NCBI GenBank assembly: GCA_001780985.1
Contig: MFJV01000001.1
Coordinates: 694,579 to 758,578 of the forward strand
DNA: 64,000 nt
Reading direction: 5' to 3'
DNA from: Candidatus Gottesmanbacteria bacterium RIFCSPLOWO2_01_FULL_43_11b
GTDB taxonomy: Bacteria; Patescibacteriota; Microgenomatia; UBA10105; UBA927
The translations under genes and the position numbers were made by a program. Positions 29,638-38,272 of the stretch are shown piece by piece. Numbering within the stretch: position 1 is the stretch's first letter; each line of letters opens with the position of its first letter. The notes beneath the pieces are model-generated. The model made no database searches. It was not told the DNA's origin and saw nothing but the letters and a program-made list of their open reading frames with translations.

Positions 29638-30252
29638 ATGAAGTTTCTCCTTGCACCACTTATTTTCCTCGTTTTAATCGGAAGCGTCTTTGCTAAACCG
29701 GGTACAGGGGAAATTCGTCGAGAAACAGCACAGATTAACAAAGAAAATCGTTTGGCATCGATATCCGCGCGAAAAGCAGAACGGATGGCCTCGATGGCAG
29801 CAATTCGCGACGAGAAAAAAAAGCAAATACTGGCGCGGATTGAGGATAAACTCAATCAAATTAACCAGCGCAGAACAGATCATTTTTTGAAAGTTTTGGA
29901 GAGACTTCGTGAGATTCTTGCAAAAATTGAGTCCCGAACGGATCGGGCGGAATCTAACGGAAAGAATGTTGCAAGCGTTCGAACCGCAATAGTTGCTGCG
30001 GAAACTGCAATAGATGCGGCAGAAGAAGCAGTGAACACTCAGGCAGGTAAAATCTATGAACTTACCGTAGATGATGAGACGACAGCGCGAAGTGATGTTG
30101 GAGAAACAATGACAGGGCTTCAGGAAGATTTGAAAGACGTATGGCAAGAAGTACAGGATGCAAGAGCTGCAGTATTCGCAGCATTACGGGCTTTGGTCTC
30201 TATCGTTGGTAATGATGGTGGTACGGCAACACCGTCGGCTACACCGACCTAA
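29638..30252 (+). CDS. secreted coiled-coil hypothetical protein
   Basis: signal peptide, long helical heptads, ATPSATPT tail. Confidence 0.75.
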   Translation: MKFLLAPLIFLVLIGSVFAKPGTGEIRRETAQINKENRLASISARKAERMASMAAIRDEKKKQILARIEDKLNQINQRRTDHFLKVLERLREILAKIESRTDRAESNGKNVASVRTAIVAAETAIDAAEEAVNTQAGKIYELTVDDETTARSDVGETMTGLQEDLKDVWQEVQDARAAVFAALRALVSIVGNDGGTATPSATPT

Positions 30253-30257
30253 AAAAT

Positions 30258-30482
30258 ATGAAACAAAGTTTCATCATAATTATTATTGCAATCGCAGCAG
30301 TTGTCTTTTATGCGCTCTGGTCATCAGGGAAACTTCCCGGAATGATATCGGAATCAGAACCTCTCCCGACGTTAACCACAACGGACAATACCGGTGATAT
30401 TGAACAAGATCTCAATAATCTTACTGTTACGGCAGAAGATGAAGGTTTCACCGAAATTCAATCTGACTTGGGCGGCCTCTAA
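30258..30482 (+). CDS. small membrane-anchored hypothetical protein
   Basis: N-terminal TM helix, acidic tail. Confidence 0.7.
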   Translation: MKQSFIIIIIAIAAVVFYALWSSGKLPGMISESEPLPTLTTTDNTGDIEQDLNNLTVTAEDEGFTEIQSDLGGL

Positions 30483-31230
30483 ATTTCAGGATTATATTTT
30501 TTCTTGGTGGCAATATCATAAGCGGGATCTTCCGTGGCGCCGTACTTATGATCCCTATAAAATCCTTGTTTCCGAAGTTATGCTTCAGCAAACCCAAGTC
30601 GAGCGGGTACTACCGAAATACGACGAATTCCTTTATTTTTTTCCTGATGTCTATACACTTGCCCGTGCAACACCAGCGAAAGTTCTGAAACTCTGGCGGG
30701 GGATGGGGTACAACAGGAGAGCATTGTATCTGCGAAAAGCAGCGCAAAAAATTATTGAACTCCATCGCGGATATTTTCCGGAAAATGAATCAGATCTCGT
30801 GAAACTGCCGGGAGTGGGTACATATACTGCTCGAGCAATATTAGTGTTCGCTTACAAGAAAGATATCGCAATGGTCGATACAAATATTCGAAAAATCATC
30901 ACACACTTTTTCTTCAACGGAATATTTCAAAAAGAGAACGTTATACTGCAAGTTGCTGATAAGTTATTACCCAAAGGTCGATCGTGGGAATGGCACCAGG
31001 CACTCATGGATTATGGAAGCCAGGTAAGAGGTACAAACGGAAAGAAACAAAAACCGTTCAAAAATTCCAATCGTTATTTTCGCGGAAGGGTAGTTGATAG
31101 ACTGAGGGAAGGAGCAATTACCGAGAAAGATTTAAACGTAAAACCACAAATAATTGAAAGTCTCATTCGAGACGGACTCGTTGTTCGGGGGAAAGATAAT
31201 ATGTTACGATTACCCGATGCTAAAACTTGA
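30439..31230 (+). CDS. mutY: MutY-like A/G adenine glycosylase (HhH-GPD), no Fe-S motif
   Basis: RDLPWR, VSEVMLQQTQV, GMGYNRRA, LPGVGTYTA, VDTN; start uncertain. Confidence 0.85.
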   Translation: MKVSPKFNLTWAASKFQDYIFSWWQYHKRDLPWRRTYDPYKILVSEVMLQQTQVERVLPKYDEFLYFFPDVYTLARATPAKVLKLWRGMGYNRRALYLRKAAQKIIELHRGYFPENESDLVKLPGVGTYTARAILVFAYKKDIAMVDTNIRKIITHFFFNGIFQKENVILQVADKLLPKGRSWEWHQALMDYGSQVRGTNGKKQKPFKNSNRYFRGRVVDRLREGAITEKDLNVKPQIIESLIRDGLVVRGKDNMLRLPDAKT

Positions 31231-31840
31231 TCTTCTCGTTTCCATCTACATATTTTGTATTGCGGCTGCCGAGCTTATGGGAGCAAAGACAATTCCCCTC
31301 ATGAAACTCGGGACATACCAGCTCAATGCAAGTGTAGCTCTTTTAGTCATTCCGGTTATATTTAGCATCAATGATATTGTGAGTGAAGTTTATGGAAAAG
31401 AGCGGGCGAGGAGCATTGTGCGATCCGGAATTATTGTTGTAGCACTCATCCTCTTATTTTCGCTTTTGGCAACAAATCTTCCTCCATCTACCCGATTTGA
31501 AATGCGGGAGGCAGCGTATGATCAAATTTTTGGATTATCAGCGCGAATCGCAGCTGCGAGTCTGACTGCTTTTACCATTGCAGAATTTCTCGATGTATTT
31601 TTGTTTGCAAAAATTAGGCAACTTTTCGGTAAAAAAAGACTCTGGCTCCGTAATAATGTATCAAATATTATCTCGCAGTTTGTTGATACTACGGTTTTTA
31701 TGGCTTTAGCTTTTTATGAACCGGGAAACATTGGATTTGTTTGGAGTTTGATCTTGCCATACTGGTTACTCAAATGTTTCATGTCAGTAATTGAAACACC
31801 ATTTGTGTATCTGGGTGTTGCGTGGCTTAAAAAACCATGA
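31217..31840 (+). CDS. queuosine precursor transporter (YhhQ/Vut_1 family)
   Basis: DIVSEVYG...AR, RIAAASL.AF, LWLRNN.S..ISQFVDT. Confidence 0.88.
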   Translation: MLKLDLLVSIYIFCIAAAELMGAKTIPLMKLGTYQLNASVALLVIPVIFSINDIVSEVYGKERARSIVRSGIIVVALILLFSLLATNLPPSTRFEMREAAYDQIFGLSARIAAASLTAFTIAEFLDVFLFAKIRQLFGKKRLWLRNNVSNIISQFVDTTVFMALAFYEPGNIGFVWSLILPYWLLKCFMSVIETPFVYLGVAWLKKP

Positions 31841-32352
31841 AGATTATTTTAATGTTCGTATCATCGCTTGATGGAAAAATTACAAAAGATGATGATCCTG
31901 AAGTAACTCATTGGAGTTCGAAAGAAGATCAAGCGTTATTTTCGCGCATTAAAAATAAAAGCAGTCTTCTTGTGATGGGAAGAAAAACATATGAAGCAGC
32001 GCACATACAATTGAAACCGGGAATACTGCGTATCGTCCTCACCCATAATCCTCAAAAGGGTGTGCCTGGGATACTTGAGTTTACGGATGAAACTCCAAGA
32101 GAGCTCGTCAATCGTTTGAAAAATAAATATAAACAGATGCTTCTTCTTGGTGGAAGCGACATCGCAACGCAATTTTTCAAAGAAAAACTTATTGATGAAG
32201 TTTGGTTAACAATTGAGCCAGAAATTTTTGGCAAGGGGACACCAATCGTTACAGACGAATCACCGAACGTCTCCCTCAAACTCATCTCCCTCCGCCGTCT
32301 CAACCCCCACGGCACCCTCCACGTACGTTATGAGGTGATTGAACGAAGTTAG
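31837..32352 (+). CDS. RibD C-terminal / dihydrofolate reductase family protein
   Basis: SSLDGKI, VMGRKTY, LGGS, IDEVWLTIEP.IFGKG. Confidence 0.88.
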   Translation: MKIILMFVSSLDGKITKDDDPEVTHWSSKEDQALFSRIKNKSSLLVMGRKTYEAAHIQLKPGILRIVLTHNPQKGVPGILEFTDETPRELVNRLKNKYKQMLLLGGSDIATQFFKEKLIDEVWLTIEPEIFGKGTPIVTDESPNVSLKLISLRRLNPHGTLHVRYEVIERS

Positions 32353-32392
32353 CTGGCACTGGTTGACTCTGTGGGAACTTTTTATTCAAAGA

Positions 32393-32668
32393 TTACACAA
32401 AAGCAGAAATGGCAGTTACAATACCTAAAAGTAATGCTAGAAGATTTGGAGCCAGTAAAAACCAATCTTTTCTTCCATAAGCATATAAACTCCAAAAGAA
32501 TCCATTAAGGGAAGTTGCAAGCGGTTGAATAAATATATCGCTTTTTCCTTGAATGTTTGAGTTAAATACTTCAACTAGCGAAATAAACATTATTATGGCT
32601 AAAAATGAAGCAATACTACCTATAATTTTCTCATTTTTCTTGAGAGTTATTTGAAAAGAGTTTTTCAC
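32393..32668 (-). CDS. SemiSWEET/PQ-loop-like small transporter
   Basis: three TM helices, QP....N..FW..Y....DW.L..PN. Confidence 0.72.
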   Translation of the reverse strand: MKNSFQITLKKNEKIIGSIASFLAIIMFISLVEVFNSNIQGKSDIFIQPLATSLNGFFWSLYAYGRKDWFLLAPNLLALLLGIVTAISAFV

Positions 32669-32724
32669 ATCAATATCTTAGCATATTGCTGGGGGTTTAC
32701 AAAAAATGTCGAATTTCCTTTGAT

Positions 32725-32866
32725 TAGCTCGGCCTTCGGCCTCGCTTGCTCCGGCGCGGCGCCCCCACCCGCCGCGCCTTCGCTATTTTTTGCGCGCGCG
32801 ATTTTCTCGCCCTTCGGGCGAGTAAAGAATTTATTTTAGTTTTCCTTGCCCCACCCACCCGTGCGC
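32725..32866. other. GC-rich multi-hairpin intergenic element
   Basis: GGCC-TTC-GGCC, GGCGCGGCG...CGCCGCGCC and CTCGCCC-TTC-GGGCGAG hairpins in AT-rich context. Confidence 0.6.
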
Positions 32867-32886
32867 AGAAAAGTTTTTCACTCCCT

Positions 32887-33786
32887 TTATTTATAAATTA
32901 GGTAGAGTCCAATCACCATTAGGAAAATAGCTATTGCTTTAATACCCAAAACGCTTTTACTCAATTCTTCTTTAAGTATTTTTGGCAGCCAAATAGAAAA
33001 CAGTACAGCATAAATTAGTACAAATACGCTCTGAAATCCCCTAAAGACACTTATGAGACTAGCCGGACCAGACGTTAGGGCCCAAAAGCCGCTAAGTGAA
33101 GCTGTAGCTACAAAAAACATGGCTAATACTAGTAATGTCCAACCCGCTGGTTTCAAATCTGAAAGATTTCTAGTAAACCTATCTCTGAAATTAGATATAA
33201 GCAAAAGTAGTATCGGGGTGGGGATAAACTCGCCGAAACCAAGATATACCGTTAAATCCCAAAATGGGTAAGTGACATACAAAGATTTCAAGATTACTAC
33301 CTGGACTGCATAAATTAGACTGGATAAAACCATCCACCAGAACGCACTTCTTAACTTAAATACACCCTCTGCTTTTTGAAGAGAAATTAAAAAACCACCT
33401 ACCAAAATCAACACAAAAGCAAAATAATAAGATATTGTTAGTACCTCTCCCAAAAACAAAAAAGAAAATACTAAAACAAAAGGTGGGGTAAATTGAAATA
33501 AAGGTATCACTCGAGATATTTCTTCTTTGGAGATAGCCTGATAGAAGGCAAAAACGGCAACTATTTGAAAGGCGCCCGCAAATATTGCTAGTGCCGTTGG
33601 GTTAAAACCTATCCACTCTAAACCATTAAATATGATAATGGCAATTGAAAGAAATAGCGCAGAAATACCAGCAGTTAAAGTTAAAACAACAGGGTCTTTA
33701 AGATACTTTCCGATTAATAATTTATCTACAATATTATCTGCTGCCCATAAAACTCTAGACAAAAGAGCAAAAATTACCCAGTTCAT
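32887..33786 (-). CDS. EamA/DMT family transporter
   Basis: about 10 TM helices, EISRVIPL, FLGE, GPASLIS. Confidence 0.88.
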   Translation of the reverse strand: MNWVIFALLSRVLWAADNIVDKLLIGKYLKDPVVLTLTAGISALFLSIAIIIFNGLEWIGFNPTALAIFAGAFQIVAVFAFYQAISKEEISRVIPLFQFTPPFVLVFSFLFLGEVLTISYYFAFVLILVGGFLISLQKAEGVFKLRSAFWWMVLSSLIYAVQVVILKSLYVTYPFWDLTVYLGFGEFIPTPILLLLISNFRDRFTRNLSDLKPAGWTLLVLAMFFVATASLSGFWALTSGPASLISVFRGFQSVFVLIYAVLFSIWLPKILKEELSKSVLGIKAIAIFLMVIGLYLIYK

Positions 33787-33889
33787 TCTTCAATCATATC
33801 AATTTTCTGGTTGCTTGAGAAGGAAAAAGTATTGTATTAATTCTGGGAATTTTGTATATTGAAATTGGACTCAGCAGTTATAGAAATCG

Positions 33890-34135
33890 CTTTTTTGAGT
33901 GGCGCAATCGGACAACAGAAAGCGATTTCTTGTTGAGTCCACCGGTTGCGCCATTTGAGTTAATAAAAAGTTCTTTAAAATTTTTGCGTTTTTTCTTCCT
34001 TCTTTTTCCAGCGGCTGTCCGCAAATTTCAAAAAAGGCGGATTTGACGCGCTTTCCGCGGAGGCGGGCGCGGAAAGCGCTACCTCCCAACCTCTTTCTTC
34101 TCTTTACTGGCTGCGGGGCTTGGATTCGAACCAAG
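33890..34135 (+). pseudogene. possible remnant of a serine recombinase C-terminus reading antisense into tRNA-Gln
   Basis: frameshifted EWRNR...EL.KSSL / QRLSANFKKGGFDAL...SLYWLRGLDSNQ; resemblance recalled, not searched. Confidence 0.35.
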
Positions 34136-34181
34136 ATAACATCCTCCAGAGGGATGTGTACTACCGTTATACGACCCCGCA
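34108..34181 (-). tRNA. tRNA-Gln(CTG)
   Basis: TGCGGGG/CCCCGCA acceptor stem, CATCC-CTCTGGA-GGATG anticodon arm, GTTCGAATC, encoded CCA. Confidence 0.95.
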
Positions 34182-34246
34182 AATACTCGTTACAGCCTCC
34201 ATTATACCCGATTTTGGAGTATAATTTCCTAAATTTCTATATTTTC

Positions 34247-34768
34247 ATGACAGATTCGAAATCAGTTAAAGTAATGCAAAATATTGATCAAGCCATTGAG
34301 GTAATGCGTGATGCGGGTAAGTGGTTAGCCGAGAGCGGTAAAAATCCCTCTGAGTGGTGGAAGTTAGAAAATCTCAATTCGGAGTTTCTTTTGCAGTACG
34401 CCAAACCGGAGGAATTTTACGTAGCAACAGTCGATGATAAACCTGCAGCAGCAGCCATTTTGCAGTTTACTCAAACCGGTCAAGATTGGCAGAACGTTGA
34501 CAAAGATTTTCTTCAGCCTGCTTTATATATCCACTGGCTTTGTGTCCACCGTGACTTTGCAGGAAAAAATTTACCTAAGATAATGATAGAGTTTGCGGAA
34601 AAGCTTGCTCAGAAAAATGACGTGAAATTGTTGCGAGTAGATACCAACGCAGAGGAAATGAAGCTAAGAAACATGTATGAAAAACTTGGTTTTGAGTTAA
34701 TAATTATTATGAAAGAAGACTATAGAAAAACTGCTTTGTACCAGAAAAGAGTAAAATGGGGAGTATAA
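34247..34768 (+). CDS. GNAT family N-acetyltransferase
   Basis: YIHWLCVHRDFAGK, LRVDT, LRNMYEKLGF. Confidence 0.88.
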   Translation: MTDSKSVKVMQNIDQAIEVMRDAGKWLAESGKNPSEWWKLENLNSEFLLQYAKPEEFYVATVDDKPAAAAILQFTQTGQDWQNVDKDFLQPALYIHWLCVHRDFAGKNLPKIMIEFAEKLAQKNDVKLLRVDTNAEEMKLRNMYEKLGFELIIIMKEDYRKTALYQKRVKWGV

Positions 34769-34772
34769 CAAA

Positions 34773-35243
34773 ATGGACAAACACGCACTAAAGAAATTTC
34801 TCATTGCCTGCAACAAAGCCGGGTATGCGGGAGGGGAAGAGAAGAAGTGGATTAAAGAAAGAGACGGATCGACGACGATTCCGTTTAAACTTGGGGATTG
34901 TGAGTCACATGATAATTTTTTTGGTGGTGAACCGTATGGAGGAAGAACGGTTGTTTCATACAAAGGAAAGCCTGTTTGGATCATGGTGTATTATGGCTGG
35001 GTTGCCGAAGGAATACAAACAGATCCGGTCTATAAAATTCTTCGAGGAGCTTTGATGAGAATGCCCGAAGACACCCCATTTCGAGGCCCAAAACAATATA
35101 CAGAAGGTACATTAACGTATGATAATAAGTGGATCGGTGACGTCGACAGATTCTCAGGCGAGGAACGTATTACAGAGAGTGAAAAACTTATCTACAAAGC
35201 AAACTATATGGGTGGATGGGTAGATAAAAGAGGTGGAGTGTAA
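34773..35243 (+). CDS. DUF5680-like protein
   Basis: D.FFGGEPYGGR, PVWIMVYYG, PFRGP. Confidence 0.78.
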   Translation: MDKHALKKFLIACNKAGYAGGEEKKWIKERDGSTTIPFKLGDCESHDNFFGGEPYGGRTVVSYKGKPVWIMVYYGWVAEGIQTDPVYKILRGALMRMPEDTPFRGPKQYTEGTLTYDNKWIGDVDRFSGEERITESEKLIYKANYMGGWVDKRGGV

Positions 35244-35251
35244 ACGGCCAA

Positions 35252-35280
35252 TTGACATTATGACAAATTTGTCATAATAT
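35252..35280 (+). promoter_or_regulatory. TA promoter with perfect 22-bp operator palindrome
   Basis: TTGACA at 35252; ATTATGACAAATTTGTCATAAT at 35257-35278. Confidence 0.8.
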
Positions 35281-35577
35281 ATGAATGTAACAGTTGATCA
35301 TCGAGTTAAAAGATTTCTCGATAAATTAAATAAAAAAGAGCGCGCGAAAGCATTTGGATATATCGAGTTTTTTGAAGATTATGGATTTACCTTAGATCAA
35401 AGATATCTTAAAAAAGTCAAAAATCATATTTGGGAGTTACGGCCCGGGAGAATACGATTGTTTGTTTTTGTTAGATCGACATCTCAAATTGTCATTCACG
35501 CATTTATTAAAAAGTCACAAAAAATCAAAAAAGAAGATTTAGTTGTTATAGAACAAAGAGGAAAGGAGTATTTATGA
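35281..35577 (+). CDS. type II toxin, RelE/HigB (Gp49-like)
   Basis: YLKKV...IWELR, HAFIKKSQK. Confidence 0.88.
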   Translation: MNVTVDHRVKRFLDKLNKKERAKAFGYIEFFEDYGFTLDQRYLKKVKNHIWELRPGRIRLFVFVRSTSQIVIHAFIKKSQKIKKEDLVVIEQRGKEYL

Positions 35578-35864
35578 AAACTCAAAAAAAATATTATACA
35601 GTTCGAGAACTGAAAACAGAGCTTATGAAAGATCCGGGATTTCGTCGTGAATACGAAAAGCTCGAGCCTGAATTTCAAATTGCACGACAAATAATCGGAG
35701 CAAGATTGAGGAAAAAAATGTCACAAGAAGAGTTGGCAAGACGGGCACGCACCGGCCAGGCAGTTATTTCTCGTCTCGAAGGAATGAATGGTAAACCTTC
35801 TATTTCTCTTTTACAGCGAGTGGCACAAGCTCTCAATACAAAAATTACTGTTGCCATCCAGTAA
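35574..35864 (+). CDS. HTH (XRE/HigA-like) antitoxin
   Basis: MSQEELARR..TGQAVISRLE; 4-nt overlap with the toxin gene. Confidence 0.9.
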   Translation: MKTQKKYYTVRELKTELMKDPGFRREYEKLEPEFQIARQIIGARLRKKMSQEELARRARTGQAVISRLEGMNGKPSISLLQRVAQALNTKITVAIQ

Positions 35865-35876
35865 TTTCCAAGGAGT

Positions 35877-36080
35877 ATGGACACTACGCATAAACTCAAG
35901 AAACTTAAAGAAAGACTTGCCTATTATGAATCTAAGCTTGCGTTTAAAATGAAGCGGTATCGTGGGGTCATCCACGAGAGTGCATCAAGTGAGATGAAAC
36001 ATCAGGAGGTTATGGTGCTTCGAGCCATGGTCGCTGATCTCAAAAAAGAAATCAGTCAGCTGGAAGAGGGATCAACATGA
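35877..36080 (+). CDS. small coiled-coil hypothetical protein
   Basis: SD AAGGAG, 67-aa ORF. Confidence 0.7.
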   Translation: MDTTHKLKKLKERLAYYESKLAFKMKRYRGVIHESASSEMKHQEVMVLRAMVADLKKEISQLEEGST

Positions 36081-36220
36081 TCGTAAAACGCAAAGCTGGG
36101 TATTTTGTGCTTTCGGAAAAGACCAAACGGAACCTTGGTGGACCGTATAAGACGAAAGAGGAAGCAGTCAAGAGACTGCGGCAGGTTGAGTTCTTCAAAT
36201 CATTGCGTCGCCGCCCATAG
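36077..36220 (+). CDS. small basic hypothetical protein, 47 aa (not in ORF track)
   Basis: MIVKRKAGYFVLSEKTKRNLGGPYKTKEEAVKRLRQVEFFKSLRRRP; ATGA-coupled to the upstream gene. Confidence 0.72.
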   Translation: MIVKRKAGYFVLSEKTKRNLGGPYKTKEEAVKRLRQVEFFKSLRRRP

Positions 36221-36394
36221 ATGCCCCAGAATAGATACGGTTATAAATGCAACACCCCAACGAACCGGATGTGATCCAGCCAATGGATAGGTAAGTATAA
36301 ATCCGACGCCAACTCCGCCCAAAAAGTGAACCCACGAACTAAAACTTGGATTTTTGCTGAAATATTTGAGCATACGTTTATAGCTTTTTTCCAT
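36200..36394 (-). CDS. small two-TM membrane protein
   Basis: SD AGGGAGGTGA on minus strand, two hydrophobic helices. Confidence 0.72.
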   Translation of the reverse strand: MEKSYKRMLKYFSKNPSFSSWVHFLGGVGVGFILTYPLAGSHPVRWGVAFITVSILGHLWAATQ

Positions 36395-36639
36395 TATGAA
36401 ATCACCTCCCTTTTTAAGTCTACCATACTTGACACAAACCTTCGGTTCCTTTAGGCTGGATATTAGGAACTTATATGATGATGACTGCCCATCTTGCTCC
36501 CCTTTTGCCTACGCTTATCTACGTTTCTACGCTTGGTCGTCCCCGCACCGCTGTACTCTTACTTTTTCTTTTCGCATTCAATGCAATTCGTGTGTGGTTA
36601 CAAAATCATTTGTAAAAATTGTAAAGGAGGTGATATAGC

Positions 36640-36840
36640 ATGAAAATGAAAGAAATTGACTGGATCGCATGGACATTTGTGGTTATTGGAGCGCTCAACT
36701 GGGGACTTGTGGGTGCTTTCCGACTTGATTTGGTACAAACAATTCTCGGTACAAGTCCTGGGCTCGTACAGCTTGTCTACATATTGATTGGATTGTCAGG
36801 ACTCTACACGCTTTACAAGATGAGCTTGATGAAAAAGTGA
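36640..36840 (+). CDS. DUF378 domain protein
   Basis: IGALNWGLVG.F..DLV, VYILIGLSG; SD AAGGAGGTGA. Confidence 0.92.
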   Translation: MKMKEIDWIAWTFVVIGALNWGLVGAFRLDLVQTILGTSPGLVQLVYILIGLSGLYTLYKMSLMKK

Positions 36841-36887
36841 GAAAGAGAGTAAGATAGAAAGATAGAAAAACAAAACTACAAATACTG

Positions 36888-36921
36888 GGAACCTCTCCTA
36901 TGTGGGAGGGGTTTCCATTTT
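36888..36921 (+). terminator. probable intrinsic terminator
   Basis: GGGAACCTCTCC-loop-GGAGGGGTTTCC followed by T-rich tail. Confidence 0.65.
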
Positions 36922-36947
36922 TGTAACTGTAAGGTACTATACACCAT

Positions 36948-37478
36948 GTGAAGAAACTACTTTTAGTTTTTGCTCACACAATCGACGAATCTTTTTTTGT
37001 GGGGGCAATGGAGGCTAAATACGAGAAAATAGGTTGGCAGATTGAACGCATCATTGCGGAAACCTCACTTGGATTCAACGAGGGCACACTTTCCAAGCAA
37101 CACCCGGGTGAAGTTGAAGAGCCGGTTTACCGGAAAATGGTTGAGTTTGTCCCTGATTTGGTCGTCACTTTTGAGCCATTTGGTATTACCAATAACCCGG
37201 ATCACAAAAAAATATCACGGGCAACTACGTTTGCATTTCAGAAATATGCAAAACGAGCAAATAATCCAAAGCTCTATTATGTTTGTCTGCCGAAATCGCA
37301 GAATATCTACTTACGAAAAAATAAAATCACCCCGACTGAACCTCTGGATAAGTCATGGGTAGGAACTGAGGATAAAAAGATAACAGCAGTTATTGACGGA
37401 GAGTACTTTTATTTGCGAATGAATGGCACCAAAGAAGCATTTATGGGCAAACTCGATAAAGTTTCTGATAAATTATGA
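36948..37478 (+). CDS. PIG-L/LmbE family deacetylase-like protein (degenerate, shortened)
   Basis: VFAHTIDES (cf. AHPDDE), PDLVVTF, NPDH. Confidence 0.7.
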   Translation: MKKLLLVFAHTIDESFFVGAMEAKYEKIGWQIERIIAETSLGFNEGTLSKQHPGEVEEPVYRKMVEFVPDLVVTFEPFGITNNPDHKKISRATTFAFQKYAKRANNPKLYYVCLPKSQNIYLRKNKITPTEPLDKSWVGTEDKKITAVIDGEYFYLRMNGTKEAFMGKLDKVSDKL

Positions 37479-38272
37479 AATTAACATTACTACATTTACA
37501 AGCCTTCGTTTCAGATAAACAAATAATTCATAATGTATCTCTGACACTACAATCAGGCGAGATACATGCCGTAATGGGACCGAATGGGAGCGGAAAATCA
37601 ACGCTTGCCTACGCACTGATGGCCCATCCCTCGTATAGAGTAAAAGGAAAAATAATTCTCAATAACAAAGAAATTACGAAATATTCAACAGAAGAAAGGG
37701 CAAAAAGAGGAATTTTTATGGCATTGCAGTCTCCCATTGCTATCCCGGGAGTAACGGTAATAAATTTACTTCGTACTTCATACCAAGAGCTTCATGGTTC
37801 GACAAGCTCACCACAAGTTCAAAACAAGCGTCCTATCCAAAATCCACTTTTGTCAAGGAGATGGAAAGCGGCAAAAATAACGCTTTCTGAATTTACTGAC
37901 ACTTTGAGAGATCATGCAAAGGCATTACATATCGATGAGTCATTTTTGTCCCGCGGAATAAATGACGGATTCTCCGGGGGAGAGAAAAAGAAAATGGAGA
38001 TGCTCCAGGCACTTACGCTGCAACCAAAATTTGCCATTTTTGATGAAATCGATACGGGATTGGATGTTGATGCGCTTAAAACTGTAGCGTATGGCATTGA
38101 ATCCCTCAAAAAGAAGGGGGTAGGGATTCTTATCATTACGCACTATCAAAGAATTTTGAAATATCTCAAACCTGATTATGTCCATGTACTTGTTGACGGA
38201 AAAATTGTCAAAAGTGGTAAAGCGGTTTTGGCTGAAAAAATAGAAAGTGAAGGGTACGATGCGTATCGGTAA
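37475..38272 (+). CDS. sufC: Fe-S assembly ATPase SufC
   Basis: GPNGSGKST, GFSGGEKK, DEIDTGLDVD, ITHYQR. Confidence 0.95.
   Translation: MKLTLLHLQAFVSDKQIIHNVSLTLQSGEIHAVMGPNGSGKSTLAYALMAHPSYRVKGKIILNNKEITKYSTEERAKRGIFMALQSPIAIPGVTVINLLRTSYQELHGSTSSPQVQNKRPIQNPLLSRRWKAAKITLSEFTDTLRDHAKALHIDESFLSRGINDGFSGGEKKKMEMLQALTLQPKFAIFDEIDTGLDVDALKTVAYGIESLKKKGVGILIITHYQRILKYLKPDYVHVLVDGKIVKSGKAVLAEKIESEGYDAYR
37793..37813. repeat. REP-like element inserted in frame in sufC (HGSTSSP)
   Basis: CATGGTTCGACAAGCTCACCA; shares the TTCGAC..GCTCA core with the intergenic element at 46767. Confidence 0.65.

Noticed and set aside
32350-32392. att-site copy of the tRNA-Gln 3' end
   Set aside because: Only a few bases match (CTGGC...GAAC); too weak to call.
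34043-34246. Long N-terminus of the GNAT ORF, and ORF 33871..34182
   Set aside because: Both overlap tRNA-Gln; the GNAT start is better placed at 34247.
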